A stretch of 44,393 bases of DNA, the filler included, from an uncultured virus (IMG/VR IMGVR_UViG_2061766007_003500) (lineage: Duplodnaviria; Heunggongvirae; Uroviricota; Caudoviricetes). It is 7 parts of one record of this genome, joined end to end, with 100 filler letters (N's around TTAATTAATTAA, not from the genome) between each part and the next. Parts side by side here need not be neighbours in the genome. Positions count along the whole stretch, not along the records: positions 1 to 12,729 come from IMGVR_UViG_2061766007_003500; 6 more parts are not named here. The stretch is one strand, 5' to 3'. The position numbers and the translations under genes were made by a program. The notes beneath the pieces were generated by a model that was not told the origin of the DNA, made no database searches, and worked only from the letters and a program-made list of their open reading frames with translations. How positions within the stretch are numbered: the stretch's first letter is position 1; each line of letters opens with the position of its first letter. Below are positions 1 through 10,856 of the stretch, piece by piece.

Positions 1-1135
1 TTGACGGCCTCCTTTTTGCAGAATTTGGCCGATGGTGACTTGAATATCAACAATGAAGATTATTTATTGGACAGAAGCAAGGATTTTTTGGACGCCCGCT
101 CGCTCAAGGATTATACTCAAAAAATAGACGCTTGCCTTGAAGTNNNNNNNNNNNNNNNNNNNNNNNNNNATATAAGAAAATATCGGAAGTGGAGACCAAT
201 GAGGTTTCGCTCTTTTCCAAGGACTCGATTAAAACGATTCAAGACGCTTTGGGAAAGGTGGACGAGGAGTTGATGATTCTTCCTGAGAATTTGAATAAGG
301 TCACCGGCAAATTGCACCGCAATGACTTTTTGGCTATTCTCGCCGCGCCGAAAATGGGAAAGAGTTTCTTCATGCAATATCTTGCGGTTGAGGCTGTAAG
401 GCAAAGCTTGAATGTCGTTTTCGTTTCGATGGAAATGAGCCGCGAGGAAGTGGTGCAAAGATTGTGGAAGATGATTTACGGCTCCAAGTCCGGCATAATT
501 CAAGAAGGCGTTTATGAGGGGGCGNNNNNNNNNNNNNNNNNNNNNNNNCCAGCGAGAGATTCAACGTCAAGGTGAAGGGGAATTCGGGAAAGTCGGTGTC
601 GTATTTGCAAAAGCAATTCAAGGCCACCAATCAATATAAAGGCGATTTGAGAGTAATCGCATACCCCGCATTCGGAGCGTCGGTGGAGGACATAACCCAA
701 AGAGTCGAGGAGCTCGCCAATGAGAATTTCGTGGCGGNNNNNNNNNNNNNNNNNNNNNNNNNNNNNNNNNNNNNNNNNNNNNNNNNNNNNNNNNNNNNNN
801 NNNNNNNNNNNNNNNNNNNNNNNNNNNNNNNNNNNNNTATGATTACCGCGTCGCAGACGAATAGATTGGCGCTTAACAGCTCTCAAGTCGGAGCGGAGAG
901 CGTAGCCGAAGATTTTAGGAAAATCGCGCATATTACTAGTTTCGTTTCTATGGAACAGACGAGGAAAATGCGGGAGGAGCATCTTCTTAGAATACGAAAT
1001 ATCGCCGTGCGAAATGACAACGTCGAGGAGACTTGCGTGTTTCCGCAATGTTTGGGATTGGGTCAATTCATATTCGGCAATCCGGTTCTTGGAAAGAATT
1101 TCATATTTCCTGGAAACGAGGAAGAAGAGGAATAA
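1..1135 (+). CDS. DnaB/gp41-like SF4 replicative helicase (5' truncated, frames broken at N gaps)
   Basis: Walker A LAAPKMGKS, VFVSMEM (H1a), ITASQTNR (H3) and AEDFRK (H4-like) occur in order across ORFs 189..575 and 572..1135. Confidence 0.88.
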
Positions 1136-1138
1136 ATT

Positions 1139-2441
1139 GTGGCTAGGGTAATTTGGGACGGAGAGAAAGTAGTAGTAGATTCGACTCGCCTTGATGTAGA
1201 CGCTTTGAATTCTCTTTGCGAGAGATACGGCGGACAAAATTTGCCGATGTCCATATTTTACGAGTATCCTCGAAGCGTAGGGTTGATAAAAGAGATTGGT
1301 GGGCTTAATGGAATTGTCTTGGATGAAAGCTTCGCAAGATTGTACAAGGCGGTGTTGAAGTCCGAAAAGACGAAGACTGTCGAATTTGACGAGAAGTTGA
1401 GAAAGTATTCCATTCCGGACAATTTGTACCCGTTTCNNNNNNNNNNNNNNNNTGTTGGAGTCCGACAGAAATGTAATGTTGGCCTCCGCTCCCGGTTGCG
1501 GAAAGTCTTGCATGGCTTCCGTGTTTTTGATGAGGAAGGAAAACGCCTATCCTTGCCTTTTGGTGTGCCCCGCGTCTTTGAAGACGAACTGGCAAATGGA
1601 GCTCGCCAAATGGAGTCCCGATGCCAAGACCTACATAATCAGCGGCAGGGATTCCTACGCCGACTCAAGGATTGTGGCGGANNNNNNNNNNNNNNNNNNN
1701 NNNNNNNNNNNNNNNNNNNNNNNNNNNNNNNNNNNNNCCAAGGAAAACGGTTGGAAGTATAGAAAGGCGTTCGTTCCGGTCAAAGGGTGGGCGGTTGAAT
1801 TTAACGATGAGTTTAAGTTTAAGTCAATCGTTTGCGACGAGTGCCAATACATAGAGTCTTCGAAGGCCATTAGAACCAGGGCGGTAATTCAAGTTTGTTC
1901 CGATTCAAGAATAAAGAAAGTATTTTTGTCCGGCACTCCGTTTGAGACGAAACTTCGCCAATTTTACAACGCCTGTCACATTCTCGCTCCGGATTTGTTT
2001 CCGAGCGAGAGCAATTTTTTGTTCAGGTATTGCGACCCGAAGCAAGGGTATTTTGGATGGACTTTCGATGGCGTGAGCAACCTTGACGAGCTTCGCGGAA
2101 AGCTTTCTAATTTTATGATTCGGCATAGAAAGGAAGATGTATTGACGCAGCTTCNNNNNNNNNNNNNNNNNNNNNNNNNNNNNNNNNNNNNNNNNNNNNN
2201 NNNNNNNNNNNNNNNNNNNNNNNNNNNNNNNNNNNNNNNNNNNNNNNNNNNNNNNNNNNNNNNNNNNNNNNNNNNNNNNNTACAATATGTCAAAGATATG
2301 CTGGAGATTGAGGATAAAATAGTCGTATTCGTTTATCATACGGCGATGTATGATTATTTCATGGAGAAGTTTTCCGATGTGGCCGTTGGTTTCAACGGTT
2401 CGGTCGCCGCATCCAAAAGGCAAGAGATAGTCGACAAGTTT
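1139..2441 (+). CDS. SNF2/HARP-like SF2 helicase (3' end lost in N gap)
   Basis: LYPF Q-motif region, LASAPGCGKS (motif I), VCPASLKTNW (Ia), VCDECQYI (II), FLSGTP (III), MIRHRKEDVLTQL, KIVVFVYH (IV). Confidence 0.88.
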
Positions 2442-3362
2442 NNNNNNNNNNNNNNNNNNNNNNNNNNNNNNNNNNNNNNNNNNNNNNNNNNNNNNNNNNN
2501 NNNNNNNNNNNNNNNNNNNNNNNNNNNNNNNNNNNNNNNNNNNNNNNNNNNNNNNNNNNNNNNNNNNNNNNNNNNNNNNNNNNNNNNNNNNNNNNNNNNN
2601 NNNNNNNNNNNNNNNNNNNNNNNNNNNNNNNNNNNNNNNNNNNNNNNNNNNNNNNNNNNNNNNNNNNNNNNNNNNNNNNNNNNNNNNNNNNNNNNNNNNN
2701 NNNNNNNNNNNNNNNNNNNNNNNNNNNNNNNNNNNNNNNNNNNNNNNNNNNNNNNNNNNNNNNNNNNNNNNNNNNNNNNNNNNNNNNNNNNNNNNNNNNN
2801 NNNNNNNNNNNNNNNNNNNNNNNNNNNNNNNNNNNNNNNNNNNNNNNNNNNNNNNNNNNNNNNNNNNNNNNNNNNNNNNNNNNNNNNNNNNNNNNNNNNN
2901 NNNNNNNNNNNNNNNNNNNNNNNNNNNNNNNNNNNNNNNNNNNNNNNNNNNNNNNNNNNNNNNNNNNNNNNNNNNNNNNNNNNNNNNNNNNNNNNNNNNN
3001 NNNNNNNNNNNNNNNNNNNNNNNNNNNNNNNNNNNNNNNNNNNNNNNNNNNNNNNNNNNNNNNNNNNNNNNNNNNNNNNNNNNNNNNNNNNNNNNNNNNN
3101 NNNNNNNNNNNNNNNNNNNNNNNNNNNNNNNNNNNNNNNNNNNNNNNNNNNNNNNNNNNNNNNNNNNNNNNNNNNNNNNNNNNNNNNNNNNNNNNNNNNN
3201 NNNNNNNNNNNNNNNNNNNNNNNNNNNNNNNNNNNNNNNNNNNNNNNNNNNNNNNNNNNNNNNNNNNNNNNNNNNNNNNNNNNNNNNNNNNNNNNNNNNN
3301 NNNNNNNNNNNNNNNNNNNNNNNNNNNNNNNNNNNNNNNNNNNNNNNNNNNNNTATTGCGAA

Positions 3363-5309
3363 ATGATGGGTGAGAAAAAGAAGTTGAATTTGCCGGAAAA
3401 AGTAAAGCATTTCATATTTCCGGAGGAAAGCGAAGACCTTTTTAAGAAAGTCGAAGAGTATAATAATTACGCCAATTATTCATTGGACTCTTCCATGTCC
3501 TCACGCTCGGTATTGAACGCTTTGAAGGACATTCCCGCGATGAGCGAAGACCCGATTTGCAGCTCCGCCGTAAATTGCGTAATGCAGACGGCCTTTCAGC
3601 CTGACAACAATGGCCGATTGTTCACTTTGAATACTCCTTATGAATCGATTGCGAATGAGTTGAATGCGTTTCATAGGGAGATGGACGCTGACAATTTCGT
3701 TTTGACGGATGCTTACAATTGCCTTTTGTGGGGACAACTTCCTTGGAAGCATTGTTTCGGCGATAAAGGTGTNNNNNNNNNNCTGATTTTACTACGGTTA
3801 CGCCTGTTGTCATTTCCGGCAAGACGGTAGGATTCTTGAATGAGGATGGGGACTTCGTTCCATCTTATGAATATACCTATTCGCAACTTATGTTTTATAA
3901 GAATCTTGGCGGCAATATGCAGAATCGCTATTGCACCGTCGGCNNNNNNNNNNNNNNNNNNNNNNNNNNNNNNNNNNCGTACGCAAATTCCTATTTGTCT
4001 TCCGCTTCTAAGCCTTGGAGAAATGTAAATATAATCGAAGATGGATTGTTGTTGAATCGCATGGACCAAAGTAATTATTACAGAATCATTTCCGTGAATG
4101 TCGGCGGACAGGTTTACAGCAAGTCGGCGATTCAAGTTTTGAACTACTATAGAAATCTTTTCAAGAAAGTTAGAAGAATAAATTACGACTCGAACGGAAT
4201 GAGTAGCCGAGGAAACGGCCAGGAGTTCGAGGTTATCGTTCCGCAGACCACCAATCAAGGCGTGGATATAAAGAATGTTGGCGGAGAAGTCGACATTAAG
4301 GCGCTTAAGGATTTGGACACGCAATACAACAAATTATTCGGCGCTCTTCAGCTTCAGCCTTCTATGATTGGGTTTAGTTCCGATACTCCCAGCTCTTTGG
4401 GTGACAGCGCGGCGGTCACTTGGGACAAGCGGTTCGCCAAGGTTTGCAAGTCGGTTTCATTTTCTACTTTCAAGACTTTGAAGAATATTGACTACTTGCA
4501 TTTGCGCTCTTTGGGTTATAACGTCGATGTCAACGATTGGAGTTACAATACCGTTTCTCAAACGATGCTTGAGGATATTGACAAAGGGGAGTCTTTGAAG
4601 TTGGCCGCCGAAAATTTGAAGGAAATAGCGGAGACTTTGAATCAATTGCAAGCCGAATTTGACAAAGAGTATTTAGCCAAGTCCATTTTGGGCGACGCTT
4701 TGAGTAACTTCGGAATAGACGCCGAGAAGCTTTTTGCCAAGAAAGAGGACATCGGAATCGAGCAAGGCGGTCAAATGATTGGAACCTCTTTCAGGCAAGG
4801 CGGCTTTGACTCATTCAAGAAAGAGATTCTTACCGAGGATTCGCATGTTATGGTTTTGAGCGGTTTGTTTGATGGCAAGACCGCTCAAGAAATAACGAGC
4901 GCCTTTAGCGATGGAGATTGCTCTAAGGCCAACATAAAGGAAAAAGTCACGCCTTTGACTTTGAGGGAGCTTTCATCATCGTTCGCGGTAAAGCGCGACA
5001 ATCCTTTGAATTTGGAAGGATTTGTAGAGTATGTAGATGAGGCGGTCGATGAGTCAATTTTGAAATACAAACTCCGCTCGAATGATGGCGAGGGAGTGCC
5101 GTTTAAATTCCCGATAAAGTGTTCTAAAGAATTTGAGATAACCGCAGGCGACTTGGATTTGTCTTGCGCCAGGTGCATTAACAATCTTTATGTAGATGAG
5201 CTTGGAAATCATTACTTGGCTTCGAAAGCCGACGTATGCTCGTATTTGTATAACTTTATGAATGGAGCGGGCGACAATTACGTTTCTAAGATTTGGAAAT
5301 GGAACGGCA
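3363..5309 (+). CDS. Portal protein, T4 gp20-like, with C-terminal extension (3' end in gap)
   Basis: MSEDPICSSAVNCV, KPWRNVNIIEDGLLLNRMDQSNYYRIISVNVGG and GVDIKNVGGEVDIKALKDLDTQYNKLFGALQLQ parallel the gp20 blocks ED..vIYR..RA..RRiFyIDvG and G.eI..l.G......D..yf..KLy.aL.vP. Confidence 0.75.
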
Positions 5310-6049
5310 NNNNNNNNNNNNNNNNNNNNNNNNNNNNNNNNNNNNNNNNNNNNNNNNNNNNNNNNNNNNNNNNNNNNNNNNNNNNNNNNNNNNNNNNNNN
5401 NNNNNNNNNNNNNNNNNNNNNNNNNNNNNNNNNNNNNNNNNNNNNNNNNNNNNNNNNNNNNNNNNNNNNNNNNNNNNNNNNNNNNNNNNNNNNNNNNNNN
5501 NNNNNNNNNNNNNNNNNNNNNNNNNNNNNNNNNNNNNNNNNNNNNNNNNNNNNNNNNNNNNNNNNNNNNNNNNNNNNNNNNNNNNNNNNNNNNNNNNNNN
5601 NNNNNNNNNNNNNNNNNNNNNNNNNNNNNNNNNNNNNNNNNNNNNNNNNNNNNNNNNNNNNNNNNNNNNNNNNNNNNNNNNNNNNNNNNNNNNNNNNNNN
5701 NNNNNNNNNNNNNNNNNNNNNNNNNNNNNNNNNNNNNNNNNNNNNNNNNNNNNNNNNNNNNNNNNNNNNNNNNNNNNNNNNNNNNNNNNNNNNNNNNNNN
5801 NNNCTTTGAACAATCTTCTTTCGATTCCGTTTTTGCAAAGGAAAGACTTTGAGAATTTAGTCGACGGGATGAGCGAGTCGGAAAGAGCCCGATTGGTCTC
5901 GATGCTTTACGCCAAAAGTGAAGTTAGGGAAAAGAAAACGTTTAAATTGGGCGGATTGTNNNNNNNNNNNNNNNNNNNNNNNNNNNNNNNNNNNNNNNNN
6001 NNNNNNNNNNNNNNNTTTGAGTAAATACAACAGCGAAAAATGATAATTC

Positions 6050-6065
6050 TATAATAGTAAGTGTG
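6050..6065 (+). promoter_or_regulatory. -10 box TATAAT 7 nt before a GTG start (putative leaderless promoter)
   Basis: TCTATAATAGTAAGT-GTG with no Shine-Dalgarno; near-identical to TCTATAATTGTAAGT-ATG at 27784. Confidence 0.6.
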
Positions 6066-6617
6066 GATTACAAGTCTAAACTTCAAGAGTTGATTATAAA
6101 GAAAGCGGCCATTAAGACTACTTTGAGTGAAAGGAAAAAAAGAATCGATGAGATTCATTCCGATTTGAATGTGGTTTCCGAGAGNNNNNNNNNNNNNNAT
6201 CCAAGCTTTCCTCTAAGATTGATGGAATAGTCAATTTGGGATTGTCCACTTGCTTTCCGAATTATACATTCAAGATGGAGTATGTCGCCAGCCGGGGCAA
6301 GACCGAGGTTGTTTTCGTCGTAAAGGACGGAGATTCGCAAATTGACCCTATGAATCAATGCGGCGGCGGTTTGGTCGATGTCCTTTCCTTTTGCCTTAGA
6401 ATGGCGGTTTATTCGATTTCCAATGTAAATAACGTCATTATTTTGGATGAGCCTTTCAGATTTCTCAGCAAGAGTCTCAGGCCGAAGGTCGCCGAGCTTC
6501 TTGAGGTTTTGTGCGACAAGTTGAATTTGCAATTGATAGAGGTTACGCACATTGATGAATTCNNNNNNNNNNNNNNNNNNNNNNNAAATAGATGGCGTTT
6601 CTAAAGTTCTGGAATAA
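6063..6617 (+). CDS. sbcC: SbcC/Rad50 (gp46-like) C-terminal ATPase half, encoded as a separate gene
   Basis: Short coiled coil MDYKSKLQELIIKKAAIK, then signature-position NQCGGG, Walker B/D-loop VIILDEPFRFL and H-loop LIEVTH. No Walker A. Confidence 0.8.
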
Positions 6618-6628
6618 AGGAGGTTTGC

Positions 6629-7077
6629 ATGGCTTGTTGCGAAGATGAGGTTGAGGTTAAGATTAAGTTGATTGCCGGGGGCACGTTGCCGAGTTACAAG
6701 AGGGATGGCGACGCTTGCTTGGATTGCTGCGCCAGGCTTGATAAAGATTTGACGATTTCTCCTAAAACTCGGAGACTTGTGAATTTGGGTTTCGTATTGG
6801 AACTTCCGGTCGGTTGGGAGGCGGTGATTCGCCCTCGAAGCGGCTTGACTTCGATTGAGATTGACAATGGAATAGGCACGATTGACAGCAATTATCGGGG
6901 CGAGGTCAAGGCTTGCGTNNNNNNNNNNNNNNNNNNNNNNNNNNNNNNNNNNNNNNNNNNNNNNNNNNNNNNNNNNNNNNNNNNNNNNNGGCTCCTAAAG
7001 TAAAGTTCATTGAGGTTGACGAGCTTTCCGAGACGAATAGGGGCGACAATGGGTTCGGCTCTACTGGGGTGAAATGA
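6629..7077 (+). CDS. dut: dUTPase (trimeric type)
   Basis: GDACLD, IRPRSGL, GTIDSNYRGEV and C-terminal ETNRGDNGFGSTG; RBS AGGAGG. Confidence 0.95.
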
Positions 7078-7289
7078 TGATTAAGAAAAAGAACTTTTTC
7101 GCGGAGNNNNNNNNNNNNNNNNNNNNNNNNNNNNNNNNNNNNNNNNNNNNNNNNNNNNNNNNNNNNNNNNNNNNNNNNNNNNNNNNNNNNNNNNNNNNNN
7201 NNNNNNNNNNNNNNNNNNNNNNNNNNNNNNNNNNNNNNNNNNNNNNNNTTGACGACGACAATGAGCGCGACGACAGTTTCAGTAATTAG
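7074..7289 (+). CDS. Small hypothetical protein (mostly N)
   Basis: Start overlaps the dut stop (ATGA); acidic C-terminus. Confidence 0.4.
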   Translation: MMIKKKNFFAEXXXXXXXXXXXXXXXXXXXXXXXXXXXXXXXXXXXXXXXXXXXXXXXXDDDNERDDSFSN

Positions 7290-7301
7290 GCGGGATTTCG
7301 G

Positions 7302-8333
7302 ATGATTTCCAGAATTGAGATTAAGAATTTTCAATCGCATAAAGATACGATAGTTGAATTTAACGATGGCGTGAATGTCCTTTGCGNNNNNNNNNNNNNN
7401 NNNNNNNNNNNNNNNNNNNNNNNNNNNNNNNNNNNNNNNNNNNNNNNNNNNNNNNNNNNNNNNNNNNNNNNNNNNNNNNNNNNNNNNNNNNNNNNNNNNN
7501 NNNNNNNNNNNNNNNNNNNNNNNNNNNNNNNNNNNNNNNNNNNNNNNNNNNNNNNNNNNNNNNNNNNNNNNNNNNNNNNNNNNNNNNNNNNNNNNNNNNN
7601 NNNNNNNNNNNNNNNNNNNNNNNNNNNNNNNNNNNNNNNNNNNNNNNNNNNNNNNNNNNNNNNNNNNNNNNNNNNNNNNNNNNNNNNNNNNNNNNNNNNN
7701 NNNNNNNNNNNNNNNNNNNNNNNNNNNNNNNNNNNNNNNNNNNNNNNNNNNNNNNNNNNNNNNNNNNNNNNNNNNNNNNNNNNNNNNNNNNNNNNNNNNN
7801 NNNNNNNNNNNNNNNNNNNNNNNNNNNNNNNNNNNNNNNNNNNNNNNNNNNNNNNNNNNNNNNNNNNNNNNNNNNNNNNNNNNNNNNNNNNNNNNNNNNN
7901 NNNNNNNNNNNNNNNNNNNNNNNNNNNNNNNNNNNNNNNNNNNNNNNNNNNNNNTGCGACCGCTTGAATTCCGACTTGGGTTCGATTTCGGAGTTGTCTT
8001 CGTTTTTCGTCGATTTAAGCGAACAGTCGAAGTTGGTCGATGAGATAGATTCGATTGTTATCCCCGATTATTCGGAGCTTGAATTTCAAGTGAAGTCTTT
8101 TGAGAGTTGCGAAANNNNNNNNNNNNNNNNATTTAAGCGAACAGTCGAAGTTGGTTGATGAGATAGATTCCATAACAATTTCTGATTATTCAGATTTGTC
8201 CGATTCCATAAAGCGTTACATCGAAATCGAGGAGAGCTTTGAGAAGATGTTTTCGGATTATGAAAAATTGGAGAAATTCATGCCGGAAGTTTGTCCGTAT
8301 TGCGGTTCGTTGATGGCCAAGGGGGAGAAATGA
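7302..8333 (+). CDS. sbcC: SbcC/Rad50 N-terminal half ending just after a zinc-hook motif
   Basis: MISRIEIKNFQSHKDTIVEFNDGVNVLC is a typical SMC/Rad50 N-terminus (Walker A hidden in gap); coiled coil; VCPYCGS 7 codons before the stop. Confidence 0.8.
8013..8170 (+). repeat. 40-bp near-perfect direct repeat inside the sbcC coiled coil
   Basis: ATTTAAGCGAACAGTCGAAGTTGGTyGATGAGATAGATTC at 8013-8052 and 8131-8170; protein repeat LSEQSKLVDEIDSI.I.DYS.L. Confidence 0.8.
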
Positions 8334-8581
8334 CAGAGAGTGAGTTTCACGAAATTAAGTCCAAGATGAAGGCTTTGGGCGACAAAATGGCGGAGTCGAA
8401 GGGAAAGATGGCCGCCATTAAGGAAGGATGGAAGGCCAAATATGGATTCGATGATTTGGAGTCCGCCAAGGCTAAGTTGGATGAGTTGAAGGGTGATGCC
8501 GATGCCAAAAGGGCGAAGCGCTCCGAGCTTATGGATAAATTGGAGAGCTCTTTCGATTGGGAGAAATTCTCTAATTTCTAA
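8330..8581 (+). CDS. Small coiled-coil protein, translationally coupled to the sbcC N-half
   Basis: ATGA overlap; MTESEFHEIKSKMKALGDKMAESKGKMAAIKE with heptad-like pattern. Confidence 0.7.
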   Translation: MTESEFHEIKSKMKALGDKMAESKGKMAAIKEGWKAKYGFDDLESAKAKLDELKGDADAKRAKRSELMDKLESSFDWEKFSNF

Positions 8582-8605
8582 ATAGTAATTTGAGGAAAAA
8601 TTGTC

Positions 8606-9176
8606 ATGGATTTGAACGAAGATGAGATTCAAAAATGGCGGACTCGCTGTTTGGATATTGTAAAGAGCGTAAAACGGCATTTGCACAGACCCAAGGTTCG
8701 GGAGGAGAATTTGTATTACATTCCGCCTTACGAAAAGGGGTTGATTTTGTGCGCCGTAAAAATATTGAAGAAGATGTATTTCAATCCCGAAACGGATGTG
8801 GCCGCCCTTAACTCTAAAATTTACAAGTTTATGAAAATGTCGGCTTCCGGNNNNNNNNNNNNNNNNNNNNNNNNNNNNNNNNNNNNNNNNNNNNNNNNNN
8901 NNNNNNNNNNNNNNNNNNNNNNNNNNNNNNNNNNNNNGGGAAACCACCTTGAAGTTGAAGCGCGGCTACAGTCATTGCATGGGCTGCGCGATGTGGAGAA
9001 AGTACGGGGAGGAGGCTTTGCCTAAGAATAAGGGTTATATGGTCTATCGTTGCGAGCATGGGCATAAATTGTTGATTCCGCTTTCGTCCGACCCGAACGC
9101 CCAGGACTTGAATGAAATCTTGGTGGAGAATTCGGACGGAAGCCGGGAAAAGTTGAAATATCCGAATGGATTTTAA
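8606..9176 (+). CDS. Hypothetical protein(s); distal part has CxxC...CxxxH, possibly zinc-binding
   Basis: RBS GAGG; HCMGC and RCEHGH; the gap at 8851-8937 could hide a gene boundary. Confidence 0.5.
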
Positions 9177-9195
9177 TTGAGTATTTTCAAAAATG

Positions 9196-9222
9196 AGGCA
9201 TTTCTTGAAAATGCCTTTTTTT
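9196..9222 (+). terminator. Intrinsic terminator
   Basis: Stem AGGCATTT/AAATGCCT followed by a T run, just after the stop at 9176. Confidence 0.7.
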
Positions 9223-9248
9223 AATTTCGCATTCTTAAATAATACTTT

Positions 9249-9497
9249 ATGAAAGATGAGCGTTGGGATTTGCTGGCGGCATTGATGCCGTCCGGCGTAG
9301 AGGTCAATCCGAAAGACGGCGATTCAGCCGAGGTAACATGGGACGGCAAGTCCGTTTCGGTAATATACAACGATGCCGACAATTCTTACGTTGTCGATGG
9401 ACAAACTTTGCACTTTCAAGATTTGGATGATGAAGTCGTAAGTACCATTCTTGTTCCGTATATTTTGCAGACCCTTGATGGGAACGAAAGAGTTTAG
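9249..9497 (+). CDS. Hypothetical protein (82 aa)
   Basis: Intact ORF between a terminator and a promoter. Confidence 0.65.
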   Translation: MKDERWDLLAALMPSGVEVNPKDGDSAEVTWDGKSVSVIYNDADNSYVVDGQTLHFQDLDDEVVSTILVPYILQTLDGNERV

Positions 9498-9501
9498 GCG
9501 T

Positions 9502-9546
9502 TTTACTTTACTTTTTATTCTTTCTGTGTTATAACATCTTTCGACA
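9502..9546 (+). promoter_or_regulatory. Sigma70-type promoter with conserved downstream box (copy 1)
   Basis: TTTACT-17 nt-TATAAC with extended TGn, then ATCTTTCGACA; second copy at 17456. Confidence 0.7.
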
Positions 9547-9559
9547 GAAGGAGGTTGAC

Positions 9560-9799
9560 ATGAATGACAGAAAGATAGTTCAAAAGGAATTCGCCAAAGT
9601 AGTCCGTGATTTGATGAAATTCAAGGGTTATGATTCGTCCGGNNNNNNNNNNNNNNNNNNNNNNNNNNNNNNNNNNNNNNTCGCCGTAGAATGTTTGGTT
9701 TATGGCAATTTAAAGATGAAAAATGAAATTATCGGCGAGCTTAGAAAATTGCCGCAATTTCAAGAGGTGGATTGCGGTTTCGCTTGGAATGATGGTTTT
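9560..9799 (+). CDS. Hypothetical protein, putative early gene (3' end in gap)
   Basis: RBS AAGGAGGT immediately downstream of the promoter. Confidence 0.6.
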
Positions 9800-10397
9800 N
9801 NNNNNNNNNNNNNNNNNNNNNNNNNNNNNNNNNNNNNNNNNNNNNNNNNNNNNNNNNNNNNNNNNNNNNNNNNNNNNNNNNNNNNNNNNNNNNNNNNNNN
9901 NNNNNNNNNNNNNNNNNNNNNNNNNNNNNNNNNNNNNNNNNNNNNNNNNNNNNNNNNNNNNNNNNNNNNNNNNNNNNNNNNNNNNNNNNNNNNNNNNNNN
10001 NNNNNNNNNNNNNNNNNNNNNNNNNNNNNNNNNNNNNNNNNNNNNNNNNNNNNNNNNNNNNNNNNNNNNNNNNNNNNNNNNNNNNNNNNNNNNNNNNNNN
10101 NNNNNNNNNNNNNNNNNNNNNNNNNNNNNNNNNNNNNNNNNNNNNNNNNNNNNNNNNNNNNNNNNNNNNNNNNNNNNNNNNNNNNNNNNNNNNNNNNNNN
10201 NNNNNNNNNNNNNNNNNNNNNNNNNNNNNNNNNNNNNNNNNNNNNNNNNNNNNNNNNNNNNNNNNNNNNNNNNNNNNNNNNNNNNNNNNNNNNNNNNNNN
10301 NNNNNNNNNNNNNNNNNNNNNNNNNNNNNNNNNNNNNNNNNNNNNNNNNNNNNNNNNNNNNNNNNNNNNNNNNNTCGTTAACTTGGGGTTGTAGATT

Positions 10398-10854
10398 ATG
10401 AAAAGACATATATTCAGCAGATTCTTTCAATCGCCAACATCAACGTATAACTTGTCCGAGTTGGCCCAATATATGGCGGCATTCTATTTCAACGCNNNNN
10501 NNNNNNNNNNNNNNNNNNNNNNNNNNNNNNNNNNNNNNNNNNNNNNGGTTCACGAATACGCCCAGGAACTTTACGAGCAGGCCGAGGATTATTATGACGA
10601 CTTGGTTGAGACCGCGATTTCCCTCAATGAGAGTCCACAGCCTATGTTCGTCACTCCCGGAGGATTTGAGTTGCTGAACCAAGGCGNNNNNNNNNNNNNN
10701 NNNNNNNNNNNNNNNNNNNNNNNNNNNNNNNNNNNNNNNNNNNAGCGCCAATAAAGAGATTTATCCTTCGTTCGTCTATTCCAAATTGGACTCAATTATG
10801 GAATGGCTGGACAAGCAGAATTACAAGATTGAACAAATGAGAAAAGGAGAATAA
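10398..10854 (+). CDS. Dps/ferritin-like four-helix-bundle protein
   Basis: VHEYAQELYEQAEDYYDDLVETAISLNESP matches the Dps pattern H...eelY.......D.laEr...lg..P; terminal helix LDSIMEWLDKQNYKI. The first His motif falls in a gap. Confidence 0.65.
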
Positions 10855-10856
10855 GT

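Noticed and set aside
1455..3830. Apparent SNF2 helicase-portal fusion in the ORF track
   Set aside because: The ORF caller read through about 900 Ns; the two parts belong to different families.
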